Below are positions 22,901 through 37,900 of a stretch of DNA of 50,881 bases, piece after piece. Source of the DNA: Yuukianura sp. NJ FZ-2021 (taxonomy: Eukaryota); NCBI GenBank assembly GCA_046563655.1, contig JAJCTO010000014.1, positions 310,001 to 360,881 on the forward strand. Reading direction: 5' to 3'. Below the pieces are notes generated by a model, which worked only from the letters and a program-made list of their open reading frames with translations, ran no database searches and was not told the origin of the DNA. The translations under genes and the position numbers were made by a program. Positions within the stretch are counted from its first letter, which is position 1, and every line of letters begins with the position of its first letter.

Positions 22901-25900
22901 TGTGGAGAGAGGCGACTCTGCCATCGCTGTACTATGAGTCCTTCCTAGACGTGATCAAATTTCCGACAATTCCAAAAACAACACAAGTGTTAGCGGTCAA
23001 AGTTTGAAGTTACGTCCCCATGCAAACCGGGTAGAAACTTCGCTCACGGGGGGTTCTAAAAGCCGATGCAAACTTTTGAATCATTTAAAAAAAATCCCTC
23101 CTCACGAACTGAGGGGTTTTAGCGTTCAAAAGTTTAAATTCTGAATGTGGAGAGAGGCGACTCTGCCATCGCTGTACTATGAGTCCTTCCTAGACGTGAT
23201 CAAATTTCCGACAATTCCAAAAACAACACAAGTGTTAGCGGTCAAAGTTTGAAGTTACGGCCCCATGCAAACCGGGTAGAAACTTCGCTCACGTGGGGTT
23301 CTAAAAGCCGATGCAAACTTTTGAATCATTTAAAAAAAATCCCTCCTCACGAACTGAGGGGTTTTAGCGTTCAAAAGTTTAAATTCTGAATGTGGAGAGA
23401 GGCGACTCTGCCATCGCTGTACTATGAGTCCTTCCTAGACGTGATCAAATTTCCGACAATTCCAAAAACAACACAAGTGTTAGCGGTCAAAGTTTGAAGT
23501 TACGGCCCCATGCAAACCGGGTAGAAACTTCGCTCACGTGGGGTTCTAAAAGCCGATGCAAACTTTTGAATCATTTAAAAAAAATTCCCTCCTCACGAAC
23601 TGAAGGGTTTTAGCGTTCAAAAGTTTAAATTCTGAATGTGGAGAGAGGCGACTCTGCCATCGCTGTACTATGAGTCCTTCCTAGACGTGATCAAATTTCC
23701 GACAATTCCAAAAACAACACAAGTGTTAGCGGTCAAAGTTTGAAGTTATGGCCCCATGCAAACCGGGTAGAAACTTCGCTCACGTGGGGTTCTAAATACG
23801 ATGCAAACTTTTGAATCATTTAAAAAAATTCCCTTCTCACGAACTGAGGGGTTTTAGCGTTCAAAAGTTTAAATTCTGAATGTGGAGAGAGGCGACTCTG
23901 CCATCGCTGTACTATGAGTCCTTCCTAGACGTGATCAAATTTCCGACAATTCCAAAAACAACACAAGTGTTAGCGGTCAAAGTTTGAAGTTACGGCCCCA
24001 TGCAAACCGGGTAGAAACTTCGCTCACGTGGGGTTCTAAATACGATGCAAACTTTTGAATCATTTAAAAAAAATTCCCTCCTCACGAACTGAGGGGTTTT
24101 AGCGTTCAAAAGTTTAAATTCTGAATGTGGAGAGAGGCGACTCTGCCATCGCTGTACTATGAGTCCTTCCTAGACGTGATCAAATTTCCGACAATTCCAA
24201 AAACAACACAAGTGTTAGCGGTCAAAGTTTGAAGTTATGGCCCCATGCAAACCGGGTAGAAACTTCGCTCACGTGGGGTTCTAAATACGATGCAAACTTT
24301 TGAATCATTTAAAAAAATTCCCTTCTCACGAACTGAGGGGTTTTAGCGTTCAAAAGTTTAAATTCTGAATGTGGAGAGAGGCGACTCTGCCATCGCTGTA
24401 CTATGAGTCCTTCCTAGACGTGATCAAATTTCCGACAATTCCAAAAACAACACAAGTGTTAGCGGTCAAAGTTTGAAGTTACGGCCCCATGCAAACCGGG
24501 TAGAAACTTCGCTCACGGGGGGTTCTAAATCCCGATGCAAACTTTTGAATCATTTAAAAAAATTCCCTTCTCACGAACTGAGGGGTTTTAGCGTTCAAAA
24601 GTTTAAATTCTGAATGTGGAGAGAGGCGTCTCTGCCATCGCTGTACTATGAGTCCTTCCTAGACGTGATCAAATTTCCGACAATTCCAAAAACAACACAA
24701 GTGTTAGCGGTCAAAGTTTGAAGTTACGGCCCCATGCAAACCGGGTAGAAACTTCGCTCACGTGGGGTTCTAAAAGCCGATGCAAACTTTTGAATCATTT
24801 AAAAAAAAAAATTCCCTCCTCACGAACTGAGGGGTTTTAGCGTTCAAGAGTTTAAATTCTGAATGTGGAGAGAGGCGACTCTGCCATCGCTGTACTATGA
24901 GTCCTTCCTAGACGTGATCAAATTTCCGACAATTCCAAAAACAACACAAGTGTTAGCGGTCAAAGTTTGAAGTTACGGCCCCATGCAAACCGGGTAGAAA
25001 CTTCGCTCACGGGGGGTTCTAAAAGCCGATGCAAACTTTTGAATCATTTAAAAAAAAATTCCGTCCTCACGAACTGAGGGGTTTTAGCGTTCAAAAGTTT
25101 AAATTCTGAATGTGGAGAGAGGCGACTCTGCCATCGCTGTACTATGAGTCCTTCCTAGACGTGATCAAATTTCCGACAATTCCAAAAACAACACAAGTGT
25201 TAGCGGTCAAAGTTTGAAGTTACGTCCCCATGCAAACCGGGTAGAAACTTCGCTCACGGGGGGGTTCTAAAAGCCGATGCAAACTTTTGAATCATTTAAA
25301 AAAATTCCCTCCTCACGAACTGAGGGGTTTTAGCGTTCAAAAGTTTAAATTCTGAATGTGGAGAGAGGCGACTCTGCCATCGCTGTACTATGAGTCCTTC
25401 CTAGACGTGATCAAATTTCCGACAATTCCAAAAACAACACAAGTGTTAGCGGTCAAAGTTTGAAGTTACGGCCCCATGCAAACCGGGTAGAAACTTCGCT
25501 CACGTGGGGTTCTAAAAGCCGATGCAAACTTTTGAATCATTTAAAAAAAATTCCCTCCTCACGAACTGAGGGGTTTTAGCGTTCAAAAGTTTAAATTCTG
25601 AATGTGGAGAGAGGCGACTCTGCCATCGCTGTACTATGAGTCCTTCCTAGACGTGATCAAATTTCCGACAATTCCAAAAACAACACAAGTGTTAGCGGTC
25701 AAAGTTTGAAGTTACGGCCCCATGCAAACCGGGTAGAAACTTCGCTCACGTGGGGTTCTAAAAGCCGATGCAAACTTTTGAATCATTTAAAAAAAATTCC
25801 CTCCTCACGAACTGAGGGGTTTTAGCGTTCAAAAGTTTAAATTCTGAATGTGGAGAGAGGCGACTCTGCCATCGCTGTACTATGAGTCCTTCCTAGACGT

Positions 25901-28900
25901 GATCAAATTTCCGACAATTCCAAAAACAACACAAGTGTTAGCGGTCAAAGTTTGAAGTTATGGCCCCATGCAAACCGGGTAGAAACTTCGCTCACGTGGG
26001 GTTCTAAATACGATGCAAACTTTTGAATCATTTAAAAAAATTCCCTTCTCACGAACTGAGGGGTTTTAGCGTTCAAAAGTTTAAATTCTGAATGTGGAGA
26101 GAGGCGACTCTGCCATCGCTGTACTATGAGTCCTTCCTAGACGTGATCAAATTTCCGACAATTCCAAAAACAACACAAGTGTTAGCGGTCAAAGTTTGAA
26201 GTTACGGCCCCATGCAAACCGGGTAGAAACTTCGCTCACGTGGGGTTCTAAATACGATGCAAACTTTTGAATCATTTAAAAAAATTCCCTTCTCACGAAC
26301 TGAGGGGTTTTAGCGTTCAAAAGTTTAAATTCTGAATGTGGAGAGAGGCGACTCTGCCATCGCTGTACTATGAGTCCTTCCTAGACGTGATCAAATTTCC
26401 GACAATTCCAAAAACAACACAAGTGTTAGCGGTCAAAGTTTGAAGTTACGGCCCCATGCAAACCGGGTAGAAACTTCGCTCACGGGGGGTTCTAAATCCC
26501 GATGCAAACTTTTGAATCATTTAAAAAAATTCCCTTCTCACGAACTGAGGGGTTTTAGCGTTCAAAAGTTTAAATTCTGAATGTGGAGAGAGGCGTCTCT
26601 GCCATCGCTGTACTATGAGTCCTTCCTAGACGTGATCAAATTTCCGACAATTCCAAAAACAACACAAGTGTTAGCGGTCAAAGTTTGAAGTTACGGCCCC
26701 ATGCAAACCGGGTAGAAACTTCGCTCACGTGGGGTTCTAAAAGCCGATGCAAACTTTTGAATCATTTAAAAAAAAAATTCCCTCCTCACGAACTGAGGGG
26801 TTTTAGCGTTCAAAAGTTTAAATTCTGAATGTGGAGAGAGGCGACTCTGCCATCGCTGTACTATGAGTCCTTCCTAGACGTGATCAAATTTCCGACAATT
26901 CCAAAAACAACACAAGTGTTAGCGGTCAAAGTTTGAAGTTACGGCCCCATGCAAACCGGGTAGAAACTTCGCTCACGTGGGGTTCTAAAAGCCGATGCAA
27001 ACTTTTGAATCATTTAAAAAAAATTCCCTCCTCACGAACTGAAGGGTTTTAGCGTTCAAAAGTTTAAATTCTGAATGTGGAGAGAGGCGACTCTGCCATC
27101 GCTGTACTATGAGTCCTTCCTAGACGTGATCAAATTTCCGACAATTCCAAAAACAACACAAGTGTTAGCGGTCAAAGTTTGAAGTTACGGCCCCATGCAA
27201 ACCGGGTAGAAACTTCGCTCACGTGGGGTTCTAAATACGATGCAAACTTTTGAATCATTTAAAAAAATTCCCTTCTCACGAACTGAGGGGTTTTAGCGTT
27301 CAAAAGTTTAAATTCTGAATGTGGAGAGAGGCGACTCTGCCATCGCTGTACTATGAGTCCTTCCTAGACGTGATCAAATTTCCGACAATTCCAAAAACAA
27401 CACAAGTGTTAGCGGTCAAAGTTTGAAGTTACGTCCCCATGCAAACCGGGTAGAAACTTCGCTCACGGGGGGGTTCTAAAAGCCGATGCAAACTTTTGAA
27501 TCATTTAAAAAAATTCCCTCCTCACGAACTGAGGGGTTTTAGCGTTCAAAAGTTTAAATTCTGAATGTGGAGAGAGGCGACTCTGCCATCGCTGTACTAT
27601 GAGTCCTTCCTAGACGTGATCAAATTTCCGACAATTCCAAAAACAACACAAGTGTTAGCGGTCAAAGTTTGAAGTTACGGCCCCATGCAAACCGGGTAGA
27701 AACTTCGCTCACGTGGGGTTCTAAAAGCCGATGCAAACTTTTGAATCATTTAAAAAAAAAATTCCCTCCTCACGAACTGAGGGGTTTTAGCGTTCAAAAG
27801 TTTAAATTCTGAATGTGGAGAGAGGCGACTCTGCCATCGCTGTACTATGAGTCCTTCCTAGACGTGATCAAATTTCCGACAATTCCAAAAACAACACAAG
27901 TGTTAGCGGTCAAAGTTTGAAGTTACGGCCCCATGCAAACCGGGTAGAAACTTCGCTCACGTGGGGTTCTAAAAGCCGATGCAAACTTTTGAATCATTTA
28001 AAAAAATTCCCTCCTCACGAACTGAAGGGTTTTAGCGTTCAAAAGTTTAAATTCTGAATGTGGAGAGAGGCGACTCTGCCATCGCTGTACTATGAGTCCT
28101 TCCTAGACGTGATCAAATTTCCGACAATTCCAAAAACAACACAAGTGTTAGCGGTCAAAGTTTGAAGTTACGGCCCCATGCAAACCGGGTAGAAACTTCG
28201 CTCACGTGGGGTTCTAAATACCGATGCAAACTTTTGAATCATTTAAAAAAATTCCCTCCTCACGAACTGAGGGGTTTTAGCGTTCAAAAGTTTAAATTCT
28301 GAATGTGGAGAGAGGCGACTCTGCCATCGCTGTACTATGAGTCCTTCCTAGACGTGATCAAATTTCCGACAATTCCAAAAACAACACAAGTGTTAGCGGT
28401 CAAAGTTTGAAGTTACGGCCCCATGCAAACCGGGTAGAAACTTCGCTCACGTGGGGTTCTAAATACGATGCAAACTTTTGAATCATTTAAAAAAATTCCC
28501 TTCTCACGAACTGAGGGGTTTTAGCGTTCAAAAGTTTAAATTCTGAATGTGGAGAGAGGCGACTCTGCCATCGCTGTACTATGAGTCCTTCCTAGACGTG
28601 ATCAAATTTCCGACAATTCCAAAAACAACACAAGTGTTAGCGGTCAAAGTTTGAAGTTACGGCCCCATGCAAACCGGGTAGAAACTTCGCTCACGGGGGT
28701 TCTAAAAGGCGATGCAAACTTTTGAATCATTTAAAAAAATGTCCCTCCTCACGAACTGAGGGGTTTTAGCGTTCAAAAGTTTAAATTCTGAATGTGGAGA
28801 GAGGCGTCTCTGCCATCGCTGTACTATGAGTCCTTCCTAGACGTGATCAAATTTCCGACAATTCCAAAAACAACACAAGTGTTAGCGGTCAAAGTTTGAA

Positions 28901-31900
28901 GTTACGGCCCCATGCAAACCGGGTAGAAACTTCGCTCACGTGGGGTTCTAAAAGCCGATGCAAACTTTTGAATCATTTAAAAAAAATTCCCTCCTCACGA
29001 ACTGAGGGGTTTTAGCGTTCAAAAGTTTAAATTCTGAATGTGGAGAGAGGCGACTCTGCCATCGCTGTACTATGAGTCCTTCCTAGACGTGATCAAATTT
29101 CCGACAATTCCAAAAACAACACAAGTGTTAGCGGTCAAAGTTTGAAGTTACGGCCCCATGCAAACCGGGTAGAAACTTCGCTCACGTGGGGTTCTAAAAG
29201 CCGATGCAAACTTTTGAATCATTTAAAAAAAAAATTCCCTCCTCACGAACTGAGGGGTTTTAGCGTTCAAAAGTTTAAATTCTGAATGTGGAGAGAGGCG
29301 ACTCTGCCATCGCTGTACTATGAGTCCTTCCTAGACGTGATCAAATTTCCGACAATTCCAAAAACAACACAAGTGTTAGCGGTCAAAGTTTGAAGTTACG
29401 GCCCCATGCAAACCGGGTAGAAACTTCGCTCACGTGGGGTTCTAAATACGATGCAAACTTTTGAATCATTTAAAAAAATTCCCTTCTCACGAACTGAGGG
29501 GTTTTAGCGTTCAAAAGTTTAAATTCTGAATGTGGAGAGAGGCGACTCTGCCATCGCTGTACTATGAGTCCTTCCTAGACGTGATCAAATTTCCGACAAT
29601 TCCAAAAACAACACAAGTGTTAGCGGTCAAAGTTTGAAGTTACGGCCCCATGCAAACCGGGTAGAAACTTCGCTCAAGGGGGGTTCTAAAAGCCGATGCA
29701 AACTTTTGAATCATTTAAAAAAAAATTTCCCTCCTCACGAACTGAGGGGTTTTAGCGTTCAAAAGTTTAAATTCTGAATGTGGAGAGAGGCGACTCTGCC
29801 ATCGCTGTACTATGAGTCCTTCCTAGACGTGATCAAATTTCCGACAATTCCAAAAACAACACAAGTGTTAGCGGTCAAAGTTTGAAGTTACGGCCCCATG
29901 CAAACCGGGTAGAAACTTCGCTCACGGGGGTTCTAAAAGCCGATGCAAACTTTTGAATCATTTAAAAAAATTCCCTCCTCACGAACTGAGGGGTTTTAGC
30001 GTTCAAAAGTTTAAATTCTGAATGTGGAGAGAGGCGACTCTGCCATCGCTGTACTATGAGTCCTTCCTAGACGTGATCAAATTTCCGACAATTCCAAAAA
30101 CAACACAAGTGTTAGCGGTCAAAGTTTGAAGTTACGGCCCCATGCAAACCGGGTAGAAACTTCGCTCACGTGGGGTTCTAAAAGCCGATGCAAACTTTTG
30201 AATCATTTAAAAAAAATTCCCTCCTCACGAACTGAGGGGTTTTAGCGTTCAAAAGTTTAAATTCTGAATGTGGAGAGAGGCGACTCTGCCATCGCTGTAC
30301 TATGAGTCCTTCCTAGACGTGATCAAATTTCCGACAATTCCAAAAACAACACAAGTGTTAGCGGTCAAAGTTTGAAGTTACGGCCCCATGCAAACCGGGT
30401 AGAAACTTCGCTCACGTGGGGTTCTAAAAGCCGATGCAAACTTTTGAATCATTTAAAAAATTCCCTCCTCACGAACTGAGGGGTTTTAGCGTTCAAAAGT
30501 TTAAATTCTGAATGTGGAGAGAGGCGACTCTGCCATCGCTGTACTATGAGTCCTTCCTAGACGTGATCAAATTTCCGACAATTCCAAAAACAACACAAGT
30601 GTTAGCGGTCAAAGTTTGAAGTTACGGCCCCATGCAAACCGGGTAGAAACTTCGCTCACGGGGGGTTCTAAATACGATGCAAACTTTTGAATCATTTAAA
30701 AAAATTCCCTCCTCACGAACTGAGGGGTTTTAGCGTTCAAAAGTTTAAATTCTGAATGTGGAGAGAGGCGACTCTGCCATCGCTGTACTATGAGTCCTTC
30801 CTAGACGTGATCAAATTTCCGACAATTCCAAAAACAACACAAGTGTTAGCGGTCAAAGTTTGAAGTTACGGCCCCATGCAAACCGGGTAGAAACTTCGCT
30901 CACGGGGGTTCTAAAAGGCGATGCAAACTTTTGAATCATTTAAAAAAATGTCCCTCCTCACGAACTGAGGGGTTTTAGCGTTCAAAAGTTTAAATTCTGA
31001 ATGTGGAGAGAGGCGTCTCTGCCATCGCTGTACTATGAGTCCTTCCTAGACGTGATCAAATTTCCGACAATTCCAAAAACAACACAAGTGTTAGCGGTCA
31101 AAGTTTGAAGTTACGGCCCCATGCAAACCGGGTAGAAACTTCGCTCACGTGGGGTTCTAAAAGCCGATGCAAACTTTTGAATCATTTAAAAAATTCCCTC
31201 CTCACGAACTGAGGGGTTTTAGCGTTCAAAAGTTTAAATTCTGAATGTGGAGAGAGGCGACTCTGCCATCGCTGTACTATGAGTCCTTCCTAGACGTGAT
31301 CAAATTTCCGACAATTCCAAAAACAACACAAGTGTTAGCGGTCAAAGTTTGAAGTTACGGCCCCATGCAAACCGGGTAGAAACTTCGCTCACGTGGGGTT
31401 CTAAAAGCCGATGCAAACTTTTGAATCATTTAAAAAAAATCCCTCCTCACGAACTGAGGGGTTTTAGCGTTCAAAAGTTTAAATTCTGAATGTGGAGAGA
31501 GGCGACTCTGCCATCGCTGTACTATGAGTCCTTCCTAGACGTGATCAAATTTCCGACAATTCCAAAAACAACACAAGTGTTAGCGGTCAAAGTTTGAAGT
31601 TACGTCCCCATGCAAACCGGGTAGAAACTTCGCTCACGTGGGGTTCTAAATACGATGCAAACTTTTGAATCATTTAAAAAAATTCCCTTCTCACGAACTG
31701 AGGGGTTTTAGCGTTCAAAAGTTTAAATTCTGAATGTGGAGAGAGGCGACTCTGCCATCGCTGTACTATGAGTCCTTCCTAGACGTGATCAAATTTCCGA
31801 CAATTCCAAAAACAACACAAGTGTTAGCGGTCAAAGTTTGAAGTTACGGCCCCATGCAAACCGGGTAGAAACTTCGCTCACGGGGGTTCTAAAAGCCGAT

Positions 31901-34900
31901 GCAAACTTTTGAATCATTTAAAAAAATTCCCTCCTCACGAACTGAGGGGTTTTAGCGTTCAAAAGTTTAAATTCTGAATGTGGAGAGAGGCGACTCTGCC
32001 ATCGCTGTACTATGAGTCCTTCCTAGACGTGATCAAATTTCCGACAATTCCAAAAACAACACAAGTGTTAGCGGTCAAAGTTTGAAGTTACGGCCCCATG
32101 CAAACCGGGTAGAAACTTCGCTCACGGGGGGTTCTAAAAGCCGATGCAAACTTTTGAATCATTTAAAAATAATTCCCTCCTCACGAACTGAGGGGTTTTA
32201 GCGTTCAAAAGTTTAAATTCTGAATGTGGAGAGAGGCGACTCTGCCATCGCTGTACTATGAGTCCTTCCTAGACGTGATCAAATTTCCGACAATTCCAAA
32301 AACAACACAAGAGTTAGCGGTCAAAGTTTGAAGTTACGGCCCCATGCAAACCGGGTAGAAACTTCGCTCACGTGGGGTTCTAAAAGCCGATGCAAACTTT
32401 TGAATCATTTAAAAAAAATTCCCTCCTCACGAACTGAAGGGTTTTAGCGTTCAAAAGTTTAAATTCTGAATGTGGAGAGAGGCGACTCTGCCATCGCTGT
32501 ACTATGAGTCCTTCCTAGACGTGATCAAATTTCCGACAATTCCAAAAACAACACAAGTGTTAGCGGTCAAAGTTTGAAGTTACGGCCCCATGCAAACCGG
32601 GTAGAAACTTCGCTCACGTGGGGTTCTAAAAGCCGATGCAAACTTTTGAATCATTTAAGAAAAAATTCCCTCCTCACGAACTGAGGGGTTTTAGCGTTCA
32701 AAAGTTTAAATTCTGAATGTGGAGAGAGGCGACTCTGCCATCGCTGTACTATGAGTCCTTCCTAGACGTGATCAAATTTCCGACAATTCCAAAAACAACA
32801 CAAGTGTTAGCGGTCAAAGTTTGAAGTTACGGCCCCATGCAAACCGGGTAGAAACTTCGCTCACGGGGGGTTCTAAAACCCGATGCAAACTTTTGAATCA
32901 TTTAAAAAAATTCCCTTCTCACGAACTGAGGGGTTTTAGCGTTCAAAAGTTTAAATTCTGAATGTGGAGAGAGGCGACTCTGCCATCGCTGTACTATGAG
33001 TCCTTCCTAGACGTGATCAAATTTCCGACAATTCCAAAAACAACACAAGTGTTAGCGGTCAAAGTTTGAAGTTACGGCCCCATGCAAACCGGGTAGAAAC
33101 TTCGCTCACGGGGGGTTCTAAAAGCCGATGCAAACTTTTGAATCATTTAAAAAAAAAATTCCCTCCTCACGAACTGAGGGGTTTTAGCGTTCAAAAGTTT
33201 AAATTCTGAATGTGGAGAGAGGCGACTCTGCCATCGCTGTACTATGAGTCCTTCCTAGACGTGATCAAATTTCCGACAATTCCAAAAACAACACAAGTGT
33301 TAGCGGTCAAAGTTTGAAGTTACGGCCCCATGCAAACCGGGTAGAAACTTCGCTCACGGGGGTTCTAAAAGCCGATGCAAACTTTTGAATCATTTAAAAA
33401 AATTCCCTCCTCACGAACTGAGGGGTTTTAGCGTTCAAAAGTTTAAATTCTGAATGTGGAGAGAGGCGACTCTGCCATCGCTGTACTATGAGTCCTTCCT
33501 AGACGTGATCAAATTTCCGACAATTCCAAAAACAACACAAGTGTTAGCGGTCAAAGTTTGAAGTTACGGCCCCATGCAAACCGGGTAGAAACTTCGCTCA
33601 CGGGGGTTCTAAACCCGATGCAAACTTTTGAATCATTTAAAAAAATTCCCTCCTCACGAACTGAGGGGTTTTAGCGTTCAAAAGTTTAAATTCTGAATGT
33701 GGAGAGAGGCGTCTCTGCCATCGCTGTACTATGAGTCCTTCCTAGACGTGATCAAATTTCCGACAATTCCAAAAACAACACAAGTGTTAGCGGTCAAAGT
33801 TTGAAGTTACGGCCCCATGCAAACCGGGTAGAAACTTCGCTAAAGGGTGGTTCTAAAAGCCGATGCAAACTTTTGAATCATTTAAAAAAATTCCCTCCTC
33901 ACGAACTGAGGGGTTTTAGCGTTCAAAAGTTTAAATTCTGAATGTGGAGAGAGGCGACTCTGCCATCGCTGTACTATGAGTCCTTCCTAGACGTGATCAA
34001 ATTTCCGACAATTCCAAAAACAACACAAGTGTTAGCGGTCAAAGTTTGAAGTTACGTCCCCATGCAAACCGGGTAGAAACTTCGCTCACGTGGGGTTCTA
34101 AATACGATGCAAACTTTTGAATCATTTAAAAAAATTCCCTTCTCACGAACTGAGGGGTTTTAGCGTTCAAAAGTTTAAATTCTGAATGTGGAGAGAGGCG
34201 ACTCTGCCATCGCTGTACTATGAGTCCTTCCTAGACGTGATCAAATTTCCGACAATTCCAAAAACAACACAAGTGTTAGCGGTCAAAGTTTGAAGTTACG
34301 GCCCCATGCAAACCGGGTAGAAACTTCGGTCACGGGGGGTTCTATAAGCCGATGCAAACTTTTGAATCATTTAAAAAAATTTCCCTCACGAACTGAGGGG
34401 TTTTAGCGTTCAAAAGTTTAAATTCTGAATGTGGAGAGAGGCGTCTCTGCCATCGCTGTACTATGAGTCCTTCCTAGACGTGATCAAATTTCCGACAATT
34501 CCAAAAACAACACAAGTGTTAGCGGTCAAAGTTTGAAGTTACGGCCCCATGCAAACCGGGTAGAAACTTCGCTCACGGGGGTTCTAAAAGCCGATGCAAA
34601 CTTTTGAATCATTTAAAAAAATTTCCCTCCTCACGAACTGAGGGGTTTTAGCGTTCAAAAGTTTAAATTCTGAATGTGGAGAGAGGCGACTCTGCCATCG
34701 CTGTACTATGAGTCCTTCCTAGACGTGATCAAATTTCCGACAATTCCAAAAACAACACAAGTGTTAGCGGTCAAAGTTTGAAGTTACGGCCCCATGCAAA
34801 CCGGGTAGAAACTTCGCTCACGTGGGGTTCTAAAAGCCGATGCAAACTTTTGAATCATTTAAAAAAAAAATTCCCTCCTCACGAACTGAGGGGTTTTAGC

Positions 34901-37900
34901 GTTCAAAAGTTTAAATTCTGAATGTGGAGAGAGGCGACTCTGCCATCGCTGTACTATGAGTCCTTCCTAGACGTGATCAAATTTCCGACAATTCCAAAAA
35001 CAACACAAGTGTTAGCGGTCAAAGTTTGAAGTTACGGCCCCATGCAAACCGGGTAGAAACTTCGCTCACGTGGGGTTCTAAAAGCCGATGCAAACTTTTG
35101 AATCATTTAAAAAAATTCCCTCCTCACGAACTGAGGGGTTTTAGCGTTCAAAAGTTTAAATTCTGAATGTGGAGAGAGGCGACTCTGCCATCGCTGTACT
35201 ATGAGTCCTTCCTAGACGTGATCAAATTTCCGACAATTCCAAAAACAACACAAGTGTTAGCGGTCAAAGTTTGAAGTTACGGCCCCATGCAAACCGGGTA
35301 GAAACTTCGCTCACGTGGGGTTCTAAAAGCCGATGCAAACTTTTGAATCATTTAAAAAAGTTCCCTCCTCACGAACTGAGGGGTTTTAGCGTTCAAAAGT
35401 TTAAATTCTGAATGTGGAGAGAGGCGACTCTGCCATCGCTGTACTATGAGTCCTTCCTAGACGTGATCAAATTTCCGACAATTCCAAAAACAACACAAGT
35501 GTTAGCGGTCAAAGTTTGAAGTTACGGCCCCATGCAAACCGGGTAGAAACTTCGCTCACGGGGGGTTCTAAAAGCCGATGCAAACTTTTGAATCATTTAA
35601 AAAAAATTTCCCTCCTCACGAACTGAGGGGTTTTAGCGTTCAAAAGTTTAAATTCTGAATGTGGAGAGAGGCGACTCTGCCATCGCTGTACTATGAGTCC
35701 TTCCTAGACGTGATCAAATTTCCGACAATTCCAAAAACAACACAAGTGTTAGCGGTCAAAGTTTGAAGTTACGGCCCCATGCAAACCGGGTAGAAACTTC
35801 GCTCACGGGGGTTCTAAAAGCCGATGCAAACTTTTGAATCATTTAAAAAAATTTCCCTCCTCACGAACTGAGGGGTTTTAGCGTTCAAAAGTTTAAATTC
35901 TGAATGTGGAGAGAGGCGACTCTGCCATCGCTGTACTATGAGTCCTTCCTAGACGTGATCAAATTTCCGACAATTCCAAAAACAACACAAGTGTTAGCGG
36001 TCAAAGTTTGAAGTTACGGCCCCATGCAAACCGGGTAGAAACTTCGCTCACGTGGGGTTCTAAAAGCCGATGCAAACTTTTGAATCATTTAAAAAAAATC
36101 CCTCCTCACGAACTGAGGGGTTTTAGCGTTCAAAAGTTTAAATTCTGAATGTGGAGAGAGGCGACTCTGCCATCGCTGTACTATGAGTCCTTCCTAGACG
36201 TGATCAAATTTCCGACAATTCCAAAAACAACACAAGTGTTAGCGGTCAAAGTTTGAAGTTACGGCCCCATGCAAACCGGGTAGAAACTTCGCTCACGTGG
36301 GGTTCTAAAAGCCGATGCAAACTTTTGAATCATTTAAAAAAAATCCCTCCTCACGAACTGAGGGGTTTTAGCGTTCAAAAGTTTAAATTCTGAATGTGGA
36401 GAGAGGCGACTCTGCCATCGCTGTACTATGAGTCCTTCCTAGACGTGATCAAATTTCCGACAATTCCAAAAACAACACAAGTGTTAGCGGTCAAAGTTTG
36501 AAGTTACGGCCCCATGCAAACCGGGTAGAAACTTCGCTCACGTGGGGTTCTAAAAGCCGATGCAAACTTTTGAATCATTTAAAAAAATTCCCTCCTCACG
36601 AACTGAAGGGTTTTAGCGTTCAAAAGTTTAAATTCTGAATGTGGAGAGAGGCGACTCTGCCATCGCTGTACTATGAGTCCTTCCTAGACGTGATCAAATT
36701 TCCGACAATTCCAAAAACAACACAAGTGTTAGCGGTCAAAGTTTGAAGTTACGGCCCCATGCAAACCGGGTAGAAACTTCGCTCACGTGGGGTTCTAAAT
36801 ACGATGCAAACTTTTGAATCATTTAAAAAAAAATCCCTCCTCACGAACTGAGGGGTTTTAGCGTTCAAAAGTTTAAATTCTGAATGTGGAGAGAGGCGAC
36901 TCTGCCATCGCTGTACTATGAGTCCTTCCTAGACGTGATCAAATTTCCGACAATTCCAAAAACAACACAAGTGTTAGCGGTCAAAGTTTGAAGTTACGGC
37001 CCCATGCAAACCGGGTAGAAACTTCGCTCACGTGGGGTTCTAAAAGCCGATGCAAACTTTTGAATCATTTAAAAAAAATTCCCTCCTCACGAACTGAGGG
37101 GTTTTAGCGTTCAAAAGTTTAAATTCTGAATGTGGAGAGAGGCGACTCTGCCATCGCTGTACTATGAGTCCTTCCTAGACGTGATCAAATTTCCGACAAT
37201 TCCAAAAACAACACAAGTGTTAGCGGTCAAAGTTTGAAGTTACGGCCCCATGCAAACCGGGTAGAAACTTCGCTCACGTGGGGTTCTAAAAGCCGATGCA
37301 AACTTTTGAATCATTTAAAAAAATTCCCTCCTCACGAACTGAGGGGTTTTAGCGTTCAAAAGTTTAAATTCTGAATGTGGAGAGAGGCGACTCTGCCATC
37401 GCTGTACTATGAGTCCTTCCTAGACGTGATCAAATTTCCGACAATTCCAAAAACAACACAAGTGTTAGCGGTCAAAGTTTGAAGTTACGGCCCCATGCAA
37501 ACCGGGTAGAAACTTCGCTCACGGGGGGTTCTAAAAGCCGATGCAAACTTTTGAATCATTTTTAAAAAAAATCCCTCCTCACGAACTGAGGGGTTTTAGC
37601 GTTCAAAAGTTTAAATTCTGAATGTGGAGAGAGGCGACTCTGCCATCGCTGTACTATGAGTCCTTCCTAGACGTGATCAAATTTCCGACAATTCCAAAAA
37701 CAACACAAGTGTTAGCGGTCAAAGTTTGAAGTTACGGCCCCATGCAAACCGGGTAGAAACTTCGCTCACGGGGGTTCTAAAAGCCGATGCAAACTTTTGA
37801 ATCATTTAAAAAAATTCCCTCCTCACGAACTGAGGGGTTTTAGCGTTCAAAAGTTTAAATTCTGAATGTGGAGAGAGGCGACTCTGCCATCGCTGTACTA